The notes under the pieces were generated by a model. That model saw only the letters and a list, made by a program, of their open reading frames with translations, was not told where the DNA came from and searched no databases. A stretch of DNA of 64,000 nucleotides, from contig OZ244939.1 in NCBI GenBank assembly GCA_965222235.1, forward strand, positions 94,041 to 158,040. Reading direction: 5' to 3'. Source of the DNA: Minisyncoccota bacterium. Lineage in GTDB: Bacteria; Patescibacteriota; Minisyncoccia; Phycocordibacterales; JABAAK01. The translations under genes were made by a program, and so were the position numbers. Positions 39,427 through 49,742 of this stretch are shown in pieces; the first letter of the stretch is position 1; each line of letters begins with the position of its first letter.

Positions 39427-39912
39427 ATGCGTAAGAAAGTTTTTGCGGTTATTGCGTCGGTCGGTATCGCGATGGTGATTGCGGGATGTCAAACAACCCC
39501 GAACGAACCCGCCGGCGGAATCGTCGGCGGCATCATTGGCGGTGTGGTCGGCAACCAATTTGGCAGCGGCGGCGGAAAGATTGTCGCCACCGCGGTTGGT
39601 GCTGGCATCGGCGCGCTGGTCGGATCAAACATCGCGCGGGAGCTTGATCAGGAATCCAGGGCACGAGCGTCCGGTGCGATGACACAGGCACTGAACAGTT
39701 CCCATGCCGGCGGGCGGGAAGTTACCTGGAGCAATCCGGGGAACCCTTCCGGACTGGCAAGCGGTACGGTGCGTATCACCCGTAACGGGCGTGACAACAT
39801 CGGCAGGGCCTGTCGGGAATACCATCAGACTGTCAACATCGCCGGCAAAACTCAACAGGCGTACGGAATCGCCTGTCAAGACGGGAACGGCGATTGGGAA
39901 ATCGTCAACTGA
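39427..39912 (+). CDS. Glycine-zipper lipoprotein, Rickettsia 17-kDa surface antigen-like
   Basis: Lipobox IAGC, GGIVGGIIGGVVGNQFGSGGGK glycine zipper, W.NP, CREYHQTV...AYGIACQ..DGDW; TTGATT-17-TATTAT promoter, GAGGAGG. Confidence 0.9.
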   Translation: MRKKVFAVIASVGIAMVIAGCQTTPNEPAGGIVGGIIGGVVGNQFGSGGGKIVATAVGAGIGALVGSNIARELDQESRARASGAMTQALNSSHAGGREVTWSNPGNPSGLASGTVRITRNGRDNIGRACREYHQTVNIAGKTQQAYGIACQDGNGDWEIVN

Positions 39913-39936
39913 AACAGTAATCGTCGCTCAACTTTG

Positions 39937-39969
39937 ATACCCCCACCAATTGGTGGGGGTATGTTTTTT
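39937..39969 (+). terminator. Intrinsic terminator after the lipoprotein gene
   Basis: ATACCCCCACC-AATT-GGTGGGGGTAT then T6. Confidence 0.85.
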
Positions 39970-40028
39970 GATATCGTGCCGCAACCATCGCTTCCCGCAT
40001 ATGACCGGCAACGTGCCGATGTCGAAAC

Positions 40029-40068
40029 AATACCATCAGCAATATCTGCTGAAGCAGGGCGGGGTGTG
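40029..40068 (-). repeat. Right arm of ~40-bp inverted repeat
   Basis: Reverse complement CACACCCCGCCCTGCTTCAGCAGATATTGCTGATGGTATT. Confidence 0.9.
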
Positions 40069-40206
40069 GGGTGTGCGAAATCCCCCCTTTCTCCTATGTA
40101 TACCAAAGTTTAGACGCTATCCCGATCTCAGTGGCCGGAAAGTGAGTGCGTACAACACTTTTCTTTTTGTGGTATATACTGAAAGTATTAGCAATTAAAA
40201 TAAATT

Positions 40207-40509
40207 ATGAACATCATCACAAAATATATTTGTTGGGGCGCAGCAATAATGTTTGCTATAAGCGCGATTGGTTTGATACTCGGACCCTCACCGCTTGGTC
40301 TTATTTTCGCACCCATACTGGGCATCACATTCCCCCTGTTGAAAATAATAAGCACGCCGTTCGCATCGATACAGGCAATACTTTCCGGAGGCTTTTACGG
40401 CTCCCCCCACGGATTTTTCACGGTCTTTATCCTGCTGACCGGATGGAACACACTGCTCGGTGCTCTGGGAGGATGGATCGTGGGAACGATTGTCAGGCGG
40501 AAACAATAG
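40207..40509 (+). CDS. Small multi-TM hypothetical protein
   Basis: Hydrophobic 100-aa ORF ending RRKQ; TATACT upstream. Confidence 0.7.
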   Translation: MNIITKYICWGAAIMFAISAIGLILGPSPLGLIFAPILGITFPLLKIISTPFASIQAILSGGFYGSPHGFFTVFILLTGWNTLLGALGGWIVGTIVRRKQ

Positions 40510-40630
40510 CAAAGAGCAGCAAGGAAAATAGGAGGTGGAGATTGGGGCGGCAGAGTGAAGCACACAGACACCATCCCGCCCGAAGAGGACAAACGGTACA
40601 CACTCGCTATTATATAACAGCATACCTTTA

Positions 40631-41311
40631 TCATCTATTTCTAGGATAAGGATACCAGGGCCAAATATCAAATTTGCTACGGTGTTCTTTGAGAATAATA
40701 CTCGCTAGGTGATTTCTGTTTTCTGAAATAAATGACTCATTACCATTTGCATTTCCCTTCTCACAAATTAATCCAGTGACTATGTCAGTCAACTGCATCA
40801 AGGAGTTTATACGAGAATCACAAGGCTGAAAATGTTCTATTTCACAATCCAAATACCGTTCAATATAACTCCTGGTCTTCTGCCTCCACTTTTCATCCCT
40901 TGATTGTCTGCTTTCCTGAAATTGGTCAAATAAAATATGCAACTTACTTGGATTCACTTCCTTCCGTAACTCTCCTCTAACAGCATTTCTGCTAATAAGT
41001 AAATACATAAATTTTAATTGTAGCTCCTCAGTAACCTTTTGTTCATCCAATTTCTTTGTATCTATAACAATGAAACGGAAAAATGCATTCATATCAGAGA
41101 TTGCTTTTATAAATTCCTTATAAAAACACATAATATCATCCGAGGTATGATCACTGACTTTTTCCCATTTTACCTCTCCCCAACACTTAAAACGCAATCG
41201 CAATTCAGAAACATGCCTTTCAAAATCTGAAACACATTCCTTCGGAGCCCAAACAGAACCCAACACAAAGAAACGCTTGTTAATACCAGATTCATCACAG
41301 GTAACAAACAT
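40631..41311 (-). CDS. DUF3800-family (RNase H-like) protein
   Basis: CDESG, EVKW, DS...LMQLTDIVTG. Confidence 0.82.
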   Translation of the reverse strand: MFVTCDESGINKRFFVLGSVWAPKECVSDFERHVSELRLRFKCWGEVKWEKVSDHTSDDIMCFYKEFIKAISDMNAFFRFIVIDTKKLDEQKVTEELQLKFMYLLISRNAVRGELRKEVNPSKLHILFDQFQESRQSRDEKWRQKTRSYIERYLDCEIEHFQPCDSRINSLMQLTDIVTGLICEKGNANGNESFISENRNHLASIILKEHRSKFDIWPWYPYPRNR

Positions 41312-41740
41312 ACCAATACATATACATAAAAACTAAGAAAGCTTGCCCTTCAGACTATTTATGTTTTTTTGATAGGAATCCTCTGCGGGACCAAATATCT
41401 TAATGTTCTCAATTTCCCTGTCAACAAAGTCCCGTAATATTCTCTTTTCTCTTTCAGAAACCTCAAGATTCCCTCTTTTAGAAAACCATTTTTTCATATA
41501 CAAAACATGACTTATTAATAGTATAAGTATGCCATCACCATATGTCAATGAGACATATCCACAACACAAAACTATACTGGTCAACCCTAAATGACGAAGC
41601 AAATACTATTGATGCCCATACCTTAAGTAGTGAGGAGACAACAAGCGGAAAATTATCCTCACTTCAGAACTCTTTTTTAAATATTGATAACGTTGATTCT
41701 CATATAAAAAGAAGTATACTGACTATAACGAAGTAGAATT

Positions 41741-41938
41741 ATGTTTGGAATAAAACACATACTCCGTATGGGCAGCACCCAGAAAAACGTTTCCGAAAGG
41801 ATGCAGGATGATTTGATGTATAAATTTATTCACATGTCTTCGCGGGAGCACAAAAAATTTATGAAAAAAATTATAAGAGGCGCTACAAAGAGACAAATAG
41901 AAACTCTCAAGAAAGCAGCGGGTATGAAAAAGATGTAA
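41741..41938 (+). CDS. Small basic hypothetical protein
   Basis: 65-aa ORF with SSREHKKFMKKIIRGATKRQ; -10-like elements upstream. Confidence 0.6.
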   Translation: MFGIKHILRMGSTQKNVSERMQDDLMYKFIHMSSREHKKFMKKIIRGATKRQIETLKKAAGMKKM

Positions 41939-42151
41939 GCACTTCATCTAGACATCTCTACACCGTGTCATAGACAGCGCAACAACTTCTTCCGGAGCGG
42001 GAAGATTCCCGTCATTCTTAAAAAAATCTTTCTTATCCACCCGGACTCGTTTTTCATTACCGCTGCGCAATGTCTCCCCATGTTGTTGTCAGAAGAACAT
42101 TGAAAATGGTATATTGTCCGTGGGCTTCCCGCCACACAACAGGAGAGTGCT

Positions 42152-42424
42152 ATGACACCGGATCATGTTATTGCCGTTGCGAAGCAGTACCGCGCCGCCT
42201 TTATCAAAAAAGGCATCGCGGCCGAAAAGCATCCGACCGGAGAATTCCCCCATGATTCCATAAGTGCTTTAGAGCACTGCCATCGGATGCTTGACAATAT
42301 AATCACATTCGCTTCGGAGGGGCGCACGGGCAAGGCGTACCGATGGCTTGGTTTTGTTCAGGGAGTCTGCTGGAGCTCCGGCATGTATACCATAGACGAC
42401 ATGCGGGACCACAACCGGGGATAG
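42152..42424 (+). CDS. Hypothetical protein (RWLGFVQG motif)
   Basis: KAYRWLGFVQG...TIDDMRDHNR; AGGAG upstream, terminator downstream. Confidence 0.8.
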   Translation: MTPDHVIAVAKQYRAAFIKKGIAAEKHPTGEFPHDSISALEHCHRMLDNIITFASEGRTGKAYRWLGFVQGVCWSSGMYTIDDMRDHNRG

Positions 42425-42431
42425 CGTCAGG

Positions 42432-42467
42432 AGGCGGTGTGTACATCATCTGCACACCGCCTTTTTC
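42432..42467 (+). terminator. Intrinsic terminator
   Basis: AGGCGGTGTG/CACACCGCCT stem then TTTT. Confidence 0.75.
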
Positions 42468-42581
42468 AACCCGATGCACCGGAAATCGGTGCACGGTATA
42501 CATACTATATATTCCATATCTCCGGATATGTACAAACAGGAAAAGTTGACATCACCGCATATATCGTATATACCGTCATAC

Positions 42582-44735
42582 ATGCGACACCTTGTCATTG
42601 TTGAATCACCCACTAAAGTAAAAACGATAGGAAAGTATCTCGGTAAGGAATATCAGGTGGTAGCCTCCGTCGGACACATCAGGGACCTGCCGAAAAGTGA
42701 AAAAGAAGCCGTTGACATTGAACACGGTTTCACGCCGAACTATGTCGTCAACGCCGATAAGAAGAAAGTTGTCATGGATATAGCGAAAAAAGCGAAAGAT
42801 GCCGACACGGTCATTCTCGCGACCGACCCGGACCGCGAAGGAGAGGCCATAGCGTGGCATATACAACAGGCGGTCAACCTGAAAAATCCGGACCGGATTG
42901 TATTCCATGAAATCACCAAAGATGCCGTGCATGAGGCACTCAAACATCCGAGAAAAATAGATCAGTCCCTCCGAAAATCGCAGGAGGCGCGGCGGGTGCT
43001 TGACCGGCTGTTCGGCTACACGCTCAGCAAACTCATCTGGACCAAAGTCAGGTACGGACTCTCCGCCGGACGTGTCCAGTCGCCCGCGCTCCGCATTCTC
43101 ATGGAACGGGAGCGGGAAATACGGGCGTTCACGCCGGAAACTTACTTTGAACTGAACGGCACCTTCACGAGAAAAGACGGAAACGAATATATCGCGGAAT
43201 GCGAGAAAACATTCAGTGACAAAGAAACGGTCGGTACAATTCTTAAACGGGCAAAACAGGAACAGTGGCGCGTCGGCAATATACAGGAGAGAAATCAAAA
43301 ACGAAATCCCCGCCCCCCGTTTATCACCTCCACGCTGCAGCAGGCGGCAAACAGCGTGTTCGGGTGGTCACCGTCATATACCATGCGCAGTGCCCAGAAA
43401 CTCTACGAAGCGGGACATATCACCTATATGCGCACTGACTCAACTGCCCTGTCGGCGGCGGCCCACGATATGATCCGAAAACGGATAACGAAAGAATACG
43501 GCGCAAAGATGTATCAACGCACTGATTATAAAACTAAAAGTAAGTCGGCCCAGGAGGCGCATGAAGCCATACGCCCGAGCAATGTCAGCAACCCGTTCTG
43601 CGGCAGCACGAAGCAGGAAAAGATGCTCTACACGCTCATCCACCGAAGAACCGTCGCAAGCCAGATGATTGCCGCCGAAATGATACGCACGGTCGTTTCA
43701 TTCACCGCAGACAACATGCCCGCCTTCATCATCCGCGGCGTCATTATCACTAATGAAGGATGGTTCCTTGCCGATCCGGATGCCCGAAACGAAGATGTAT
43801 CCCTGCCGACCTTTACGGAAGGAGAGCACATGACCTGCACTGACATTCAGTCGGCGGAAAAACAGACGACTCCTCCTCCCCGATATTCGGAAGCCGGACT
43901 GGTGAAAGAGCTTGAGGCTCGCGGCATCGGCAGGCCGTCCACCTACGCATCAACTATTCAGACGATTATTGAACGAAAATATGTGGAAAAAGATAACCGT
44001 TCGCTCCGTCCGACCGACCTCGGCGATGTCGTCAGCACCTTTATCGAAAATAACTTCACGCCATATATCAGTGATTCATTTACGGCAGATATGGAGGAAC
44101 AGCTCGATGCCATCGCCAACGGAAACAAGGAGTACGAAGAGACCCTCACCTCATTCTATCGGCCGTTCAAAAAAAGTGTCGACGAAAAAAAAGATATTCC
44201 GAAGATCACATCGCTCGGTCCGGTGCCCGAAATGTACTCCTGCCCGGAATGCGGAGCGGTGATGGAATACAAACTGTCAAAATCAGGCACCTTCATGAGC
44301 TGCACGAAATACCCGGACTGCCGGGGAGCCAGAACACATGAAGGAAAAGAAATTCAGCCGCCGAAGCCGATCGGCAAACCATGTCCGACATGCGGTGAGC
44401 CGCTGGTGCAGCGGACCGGCAGATTCGGCGATTTCGTCAGCTGCGCCAACTATCCGAAGTGCAAATATGTGGAGGAAGATCCGGAGGAAAAAAAGCGGAG
44501 AGATACCGGCGTGCGATGCACCGTCTGCAAGGAAGGAACCATCATTGAGCGGCAGGGACGTTTCGGTCCGTTTTTCGGCTGCTCAGCATATCCGACATGT
44601 AATAATACGATGAATGCGCGACCGACCGGAGAAACCTGCACCGAGTGCGGCGCGCTCATGATGGAAGGGACAAAAACTATACCGAACCGGTGCTCCGTGA
44701 AATCGTGCCCCATGCACAATCCGCACAAAATGTAA
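42582..44735 (+). CDS. topA: DNA topoisomerase I
   Basis: IVESPTK, ATDPDREGE, SAGRVQS, ITYMRTD, GIGRPSTY, C-terminal Zn ribbons; TTGACA at 42546. Confidence 0.98.
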   Translation: MRHLVIVESPTKVKTIGKYLGKEYQVVASVGHIRDLPKSEKEAVDIEHGFTPNYVVNADKKKVVMDIAKKAKDADTVILATDPDREGEAIAWHIQQAVNLKNPDRIVFHEITKDAVHEALKHPRKIDQSLRKSQEARRVLDRLFGYTLSKLIWTKVRYGLSAGRVQSPALRILMEREREIRAFTPETYFELNGTFTRKDGNEYIAECEKTFSDKETVGTILKRAKQEQWRVGNIQERNQKRNPRPPFITSTLQQAANSVFGWSPSYTMRSAQKLYEAGHITYMRTDSTALSAAAHDMIRKRITKEYGAKMYQRTDYKTKSKSAQEAHEAIRPSNVSNPFCGSTKQEKMLYTLIHRRTVASQMIAAEMIRTVVSFTADNMPAFIIRGVIITNEGWFLADPDARNEDVSLPTFTEGEHMTCTDIQSAEKQTTPPPRYSEAGLVKELEARGIGRPSTYASTIQTIIERKYVEKDNRSLRPTDLGDVVSTFIENNFTPYISDSFTADMEEQLDAIANGNKEYEETLTSFYRPFKKSVDEKKDIPKITSLGPVPEMYSCPECGAVMEYKLSKSGTFMSCTKYPDCRGARTHEGKEIQPPKPIGKPCPTCGEPLVQRTGRFGDFVSCANYPKCKYVEEDPEEKKRRDTGVRCTVCKEGTIIERQGRFGPFFGCSAYPTCNNTMNARPTGETCTECGALMMEGTKTIPNRCSVKSCPMHNPHKM

Positions 44736-44739
44736 CCCG

Positions 44740-46227
44740 CTAGAGCGATCCCCGGTTATCAGAACCCCGAAAACCCGAATAGACGGATGACGGAACACCG
44801 TCATATATCATATGAGCACTGTTCAGTGTTAATATATCAAGTGTACCGTCACCTCCCCAATCCGCGAGCACGGAGGTTGCAAAAGAGATATCACTCGGCA
44901 TCGTTGTATCAACAGATCCGTCCGCGCCTTTCAGGAAATAGAGCAGACTGGATGCGGCTGATACATCAGCGGCGGACACAATGACGGTGGAAAGTGTTCT
45001 TCTTGCGAACAGACCCTTCTTCGTGAATACAACCGGGTTTGCAATGACCATTCCGGTGATACGACTCTCCCACAACACACCTCCGCTCCGTCCGTCCACA
45101 GCAATAATCGCACTTTCAATCTCTGAACTCTTAAGAATGTCAAGAAAGAGATGCTCATTTTTGGAACCGTCACCCTCTTCAAAAGATTCATTCTCAGCAC
45201 CGTCTGAAGCGACCGTTTCATCGTTCAACGCGGAGAGAATGATGAAATTTCTGACAAAGATAAGATCCGGATATCCGTCCGCATTCATATCCGTCATGAC
45301 GGGCGAGGCATATGAAAATATTTTTTCTCCTTCCGCTTCCCGCGCTTCAAGCACCGAAAGACGCTCTCCGGTAAAAGCGTCAAGGGTAATGAGATTGCCG
45401 CAGAGATCGGGAATATACACCTTCCCGGCGACACTGTCTGCAAACGGAGAGGCTATGGTCCCGTATTCGCACAGGTCATCGGTATATTTCCAGAGCATTG
45501 CTGCGCCGCCGCTGTCGGTGTACCGAAACGCATAGACCCCGCCGGGTTCATCATACGATCCGAAACCGAAATACATATACTCGCCGGCACCCTGCCTGAA
45601 AACGGCAAGTGAAGAGTACAGCGCTTCCCGCAGGGTATGCCGTTCCCGCAGCACAAAGTGTTCATCAAAGAACAGCAGCGCTGAAAACGGATCTCCCGTT
45701 CTTTTTTCAGGCACGGGAACATCCATTTCGTTGCGTAAAAAATCAACCTGCTCATCATCGTAGCTCATCAGCACCGCGTAACCGCCGTCAATGGACACCG
45801 CGGACACGGTATTAATGTAATATTCAAGATCATCATCAATGACAACACTCCAGTCAAATGAATCAAGATTGAGTAGGATGATTTTCCCGAGAAACGGTGC
45901 CAGCACCGCGGTATCGCCGATACACACCGCTGTTGCATTGCCGGGATTTTGAATCAGGCCGTCTTCTTCAGTGATGCGAAATACGGTTTCGCCGGGGAGT
46001 ATGTCAGAAACCGTGAGCAGTGAATCATGATCGCGATATATTCTGATAATGCGGTCCCCGCACTGCGACACATTTCCGACAAGACTGTCCAGATCGGACG
46101 AATCGTCGTCACTTTCCTGCCACGAAATCTCTTTCACGTCTTCAAAACTGCCCGCCGACACGACAATATATATAATGCAGGTAAGGATTATGACGTTAAT
46201 GATAAGAAGTTTTTTGAACACAATCAC
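44740..46227 (-). CDS. Membrane-anchored beta-propeller protein (PQQ-like/FG-GAP-like repeats)
   Basis: N-terminal TM, LWKY, LDAFTG, DMNADGYPDL, DWGGDGTLDI. Confidence 0.75.
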   Translation of the reverse strand: MIVFKKLLIINVIILTCIIYIVVSAGSFEDVKEISWQESDDDSSDLDSLVGNVSQCGDRIIRIYRDHDSLLTVSDILPGETVFRITEEDGLIQNPGNATAVCIGDTAVLAPFLGKIILLNLDSFDWSVVIDDDLEYYINTVSAVSIDGGYAVLMSYDDEQVDFLRNEMDVPVPEKRTGDPFSALLFFDEHFVLRERHTLREALYSSLAVFRQGAGEYMYFGFGSYDEPGGVYAFRYTDSGGAAMLWKYTDDLCEYGTIASPFADSVAGKVYIPDLCGNLITLDAFTGERLSVLEAREAEGEKIFSYASPVMTDMNADGYPDLIFVRNFIILSALNDETVASDGAENESFEEGDGSKNEHLFLDILKSSEIESAIIAVDGRSGGVLWESRITGMVIANPVVFTKKGLFARRTLSTVIVSAADVSAASSLLYFLKGADGSVDTTMPSDISFATSVLADWGGDGTLDILTLNSAHMIYDGVPSSVYSGFRGSDNRGSL

Positions 46228-46296
46228 AGTATACAGCTATATGCATCTGACAGCAAAAGGTTGAGTATAGCGCCTCACATGCGGTATAGTGCGGTA

Positions 46297-47775
46297 ATGA
46301 ACAAGACTGGGCATATCACCGTACAGGACATCCTCAGTGCCGTACAGTATCGCATATCAAACGCGGATAAAATGATCATAGAGCGGGCCTGCGCGTATGC
46401 GCAGGAAAAACATGCGGGGCAGAAACGATACTCCGGCCTCCCCTACTACACGCACACGTTTGAAGTGGGAAAACTCCTTGCGGAATATAACATGCCGGTC
46501 AACGTCATCGCTGCGGGCATCCTGCACGACACCCTTGAAGACACCGACACCCACGAGGAAGACCTGAGGCGGGATTTCAACGATGAAATCGCCTTTTTCG
46601 TTGAAAGCGTCAGCAATCTCGGCGAAGTGCGGTATCGCGGCCTGGATGTCAGAATTAAATCACTTCAGAAACTCTTCGTCGCCACCTCAAAGGATGTACG
46701 GGTTATCATCATCAAACTGATGGACCGGCTGCATAACATGCGGACAATTGACTCCGTGCCGAAAGAAAAGCAGAAGCGCATCTCAAAGGAAACCCAGCGG
46801 GTGTATGTGCCGATCGCCGACCGGCTCGGTATGGGAACAATCAAAAAAGAAATGGAGGATCTTGCGTTTAAAAATATTGACCCGAAAAACTACCGGGAAG
46901 TGAAAAAGAAAATTGACGAGTGGATCGGCACCATTTCAATACAGAACATTGAGCGGAAGGTCAGTTCCCTGCTCTCAAAAACGGGAGTGAAACACTTTGA
47001 AACCTCATCCCGGATAAAAAGTGTGTACAGCACCCATATGAAGATGGGGTTCAAGAAGTACACCTTTGAACAGATCAATGACATCATCGCGCTCAGGATT
47101 GTTGTTCGGGACACAGGCACTGCATACAATATACTCGGTATCATTCACGCAAACTGGTATCCGATTCCCGGCACATTCAAAGACTACATCTCCCTGCCGA
47201 AGCCGAACGGGTATCAGGCGCTGCATACCCGCATCATCATAGACAAGCATATTCTTGAAATCCAAATCCTTACTCATGCTATGTACCGGCATGCACAGAT
47301 CGGTATCGCCGCGCATTTCAACTACAAGGAAAAGAGGGCCGGAATCGCCGGCATTGAGGAGAAGTGGTTCAATAAGCTGCTCAGCCCGCACGGCATGCAT
47401 GCTATGCCGCGGCAGGAACAGAATCTGTCGCCCAGTGAAAAAAAGAAGGCCATGCGGAATTTCGCGGAAGATGTGGAGGCAGATTTTCTGCAGGAGCGAA
47501 TGTTTGTTTTCACGCCGAAAGGCGAGGTGGTTGATCTGCCGGTGCTGGCGACTGTCGTTGATTTTGCCTTTGCCATTCACAGCGATATCGGCATTCACGC
47601 GGAAGGTGCATTGGTGAACGGCACCTACACTTCGCTTAAACATGAACTTAAGAACGGGGACATTGTCAATGTGAAAACGGCAAAGAAACCGACCGTTACA
47701 AAAAAATGGCTTGACTGGGTGAAGACCGCGGAAGCGCGGTCACGCATCCGGCGGTTTATAAAGAAAAATTCCTGA
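46297..47775 (+). CDS. RelA/SpoT-family (p)ppGpp synthetase/hydrolase (HD, synthetase, TGS; no ACT)
   Basis: ILHDTLED, KLMDRLHNMRT, KDYISLPKPNGYQALHT, FTPKG, DFAFAIHS. Confidence 0.95.
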   Translation: MNKTGHITVQDILSAVQYRISNADKMIIERACAYAQEKHAGQKRYSGLPYYTHTFEVGKLLAEYNMPVNVIAAGILHDTLEDTDTHEEDLRRDFNDEIAFFVESVSNLGEVRYRGLDVRIKSLQKLFVATSKDVRVIIIKLMDRLHNMRTIDSVPKEKQKRISKETQRVYVPIADRLGMGTIKKEMEDLAFKNIDPKNYREVKKKIDEWIGTISIQNIERKVSSLLSKTGVKHFETSSRIKSVYSTHMKMGFKKYTFEQINDIIALRIVVRDTGTAYNILGIIHANWYPIPGTFKDYISLPKPNGYQALHTRIIIDKHILEIQILTHAMYRHAQIGIAAHFNYKEKRAGIAGIEEKWFNKLLSPHGMHAMPRQEQNLSPSEKKKAMRNFAEDVEADFLQERMFVFTPKGEVVDLPVLATVVDFAFAIHSDIGIHAEGALVNGTYTSLKHELKNGDIVNVKTAKKPTVTKKWLDWVKTAEARSRIRRFIKKNS

Positions 47776-48688
47776 AGTTATACACTTCTTCCTCGGCATC
47801 ATCAGGAGTATCATGTGCCGGGGCAGCTTTCTCCGTTGCGGCGGTCTGAGATGCCTGATGTTTTTCCTGTAGGCGGTCAATGATGCCTTTCAGGTCATCA
47901 TCGGAGAAATAATCAATGACGATTTTGCCGCCCGAAGCACCCTGTTTCTGAATGGACACCCGGGTATCAAGCATTCCCTCAATCATCATCTGCGCCTCCC
48001 GAACATACGGATCGGCATCAGGACGGCGCACCCGGTCAACCGCATGCCGCCGGGCGATGATCTCTGATTCCCGCACGGTTATCCTCCGCAGCACCATCTC
48101 ATCAAACAGCGCGCGCTGTTTCTGAACATCGTCTGAGAGCATCAGCAGCGGGCGGGTATGCCCTTCGGATATATTGCCCTCAACAACCGCCTGAATCATA
48201 TCCTCAGGGAGTGTCAAAAGCCGCAGACTGTTAGAGATATATTCCCTGCTCCGGCCCATGCGCCGCGCAACCTCGGTATGGGTCAGGGTAAACTCATCAA
48301 TCAGCCGCCTGAAAGCGCGTGCCCGGTCAATGGGGTTCAAATCCTCACGCTGTAGATTTTCAATAATGGCAAGCTCCAGACGGACATTGTTATCCTTAAT
48401 ATCCGAACGAATGACCACCGGCACCTGCCGGAGACCGGCGATTTTTGAGGCACGCAGGCGGCGCTCACCGGCAATCAGCTCGTAGCGCGCGGACATATCG
48501 CCGTCATCGGTAACCGCCTCCTTTTTTGTCACCACCAGCGGCTGCAGCACGCCGTACCGGCGGATGGATTGCGCCAAATTCCCTAATTTTTCATCAGAAA
48601 ACTCTTTGCGCGGCTGAAACGGATTCGGGTCAATTTTGTCAACCGCGACAAAAAAAACAGACAGTGGGGCGTGTGAATAATCCTCCAT
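47756..48688 (-). CDS. parB: Chromosome partitioning protein ParB
   Basis: NPFQPR, GVLQPL, IAGERRLRA, ENLQREDLN. Confidence 0.95.
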   Translation of the reverse strand: MEDYSHAPLSVFFVAVDKIDPNPFQPRKEFSDEKLGNLAQSIRRYGVLQPLVVTKKEAVTDDGDMSARYELIAGERRLRASKIAGLRQVPVVIRSDIKDNNVRLELAIIENLQREDLNPIDRARAFRRLIDEFTLTHTEVARRMGRSREYISNSLRLLTLPEDMIQAVVEGNISEGHTRPLLMLSDDVQKQRALFDEMVLRRITVRESEIIARRHAVDRVRRPDADPYVREAQMMIEGMLDTRVSIQKQGASGGKIVIDYFSDDDLKGIIDRLQEKHQASQTAATEKAAPAHDTPDDAEEEVYNFRNFSL

Positions 48689-48768
48689 ACTCACAGTATA
48701 CAGGACATATATTCGCTATACACGGCACGATTGATTGTGCAGGTCTCGGGATATACAATACCTGTACA

Positions 48769-48840
48769 GGGTCTGTAGTTTAATCGGTAAAACAGCGGTC
48801 TCCAAAACCGCCGTTCCAGGTTCAAGTCCTGGCGGACCCG
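48769..48840 (+). tRNA. tRNA-Trp (CCA)
   Basis: GGGTCTG/CGGACCC acceptor stem, GCGGT-CTCCAAA-ACCGC anticodon arm. Confidence 0.95.
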
Positions 48841-49736
48841 CCGTATTCCCCGTCAAGCAGGCGATACAGCGCGGAAAACTCATGCTCATAAAACCAGCGT
48901 GCCTCGGGGTACCGGCGCCACCAAGTTTCCTGCCGCTTCGCGTATGCCGTAATCGCTCTGAACAGATTCTCCCGTGTCTCCTCTTTAGAAATGCGGCGGA
49001 CAAGCATACGGGACAGGTGCCGACATTCAAGACCGAGACTGTCAAACCACATCGGATCCGTACCCGCATTGAGCAACACCCGCATTTCCTCGGTCATCGC
49101 CTCAAAGCGTTCATCAAGGCGCCGGGCGATACGCCTGTACAGGTGTTCCCTGTTGTGCCTGATGCCGATCATCATATATGAAAAACGCTTCGTCCGTTTC
49201 CTGCGGAACGGAGTGCCGCCGCGGATAATTTCAAGGGCGCGGATTATCCGCCGTGGATTATCCGCATCTATCGTTGCATACGCATCCGGATCGCGTTCCT
49301 GCAGTTCCTGTCGGAGTGCCTGTATGTTTTTTCGCTCCGCATTGCGGCGGTACACGGGATCGGGAGGCACCTCGCTGAGTGCCCCCTCAAACAGCACTGC
49401 GTCGATATAAAAGCCGGTGCCGCCGGTGATAATCGGCAGTGCGCCGCGGGAACGGATATCCGACACCAGCGGAACGGCGCGTTCGGCGAACGCATGCGCG
49501 CTGTAATAGTCGCCGACAGACACCTCGCTGAGCATGTAATGCGGCACCCCCCGCATCTCCTCCTCGGACACCTTTCCGACCGTATGCACCAGTGAAGCGT
49601 ACACCTGCCGTGAATCTGCGGAGATGATTTCACCGCCGTACCGTAGCGCGATGTCAACTGCTAATGCGCTCTTTCCGCTTGCGGTTGATCCGACAATGAC
49701 GAGAACCGGAGCAGTATATATAGCATCGGTGTTCAT
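48822..49736 (-). CDS. miaA: tRNA dimethylallyltransferase
   Basis: GSTASGKS, ISADSRQVY, GGTGFY, RRIIRALE, YAKRQETW; start moved to MNTD after tRNA-Leu. Confidence 0.95.
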   Translation of the reverse strand: MNTDAIYTAPVLVIVGSTASGKSALAVDIALRYGGEIISADSRQVYASLVHTVGKVSEEEMRGVPHYMLSEVSVGDYYSAHAFAERAVPLVSDIRSRGALPIITGGTGFYIDAVLFEGALSEVPPDPVYRRNAERKNIQALRQELQERDPDAYATIDADNPRRIIRALEIIRGGTPFRRKRTKRFSYMMIGIRHNREHLYRRIARRLDERFEAMTEEMRVLLNAGTDPMWFDSLGLECRHLSRMLVRRISKEETRENLFRAITAYAKRQETWWRRYPEARWFYEHEFSALYRLLDGEYGGSART

Positions 49737-49742
49737 AGTGTG

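Noticed and set aside
33644-42450. Prophage or integron
   Set aside because: No structural, terminase or integrase genes, and no canonical attC R-box pairs recognised
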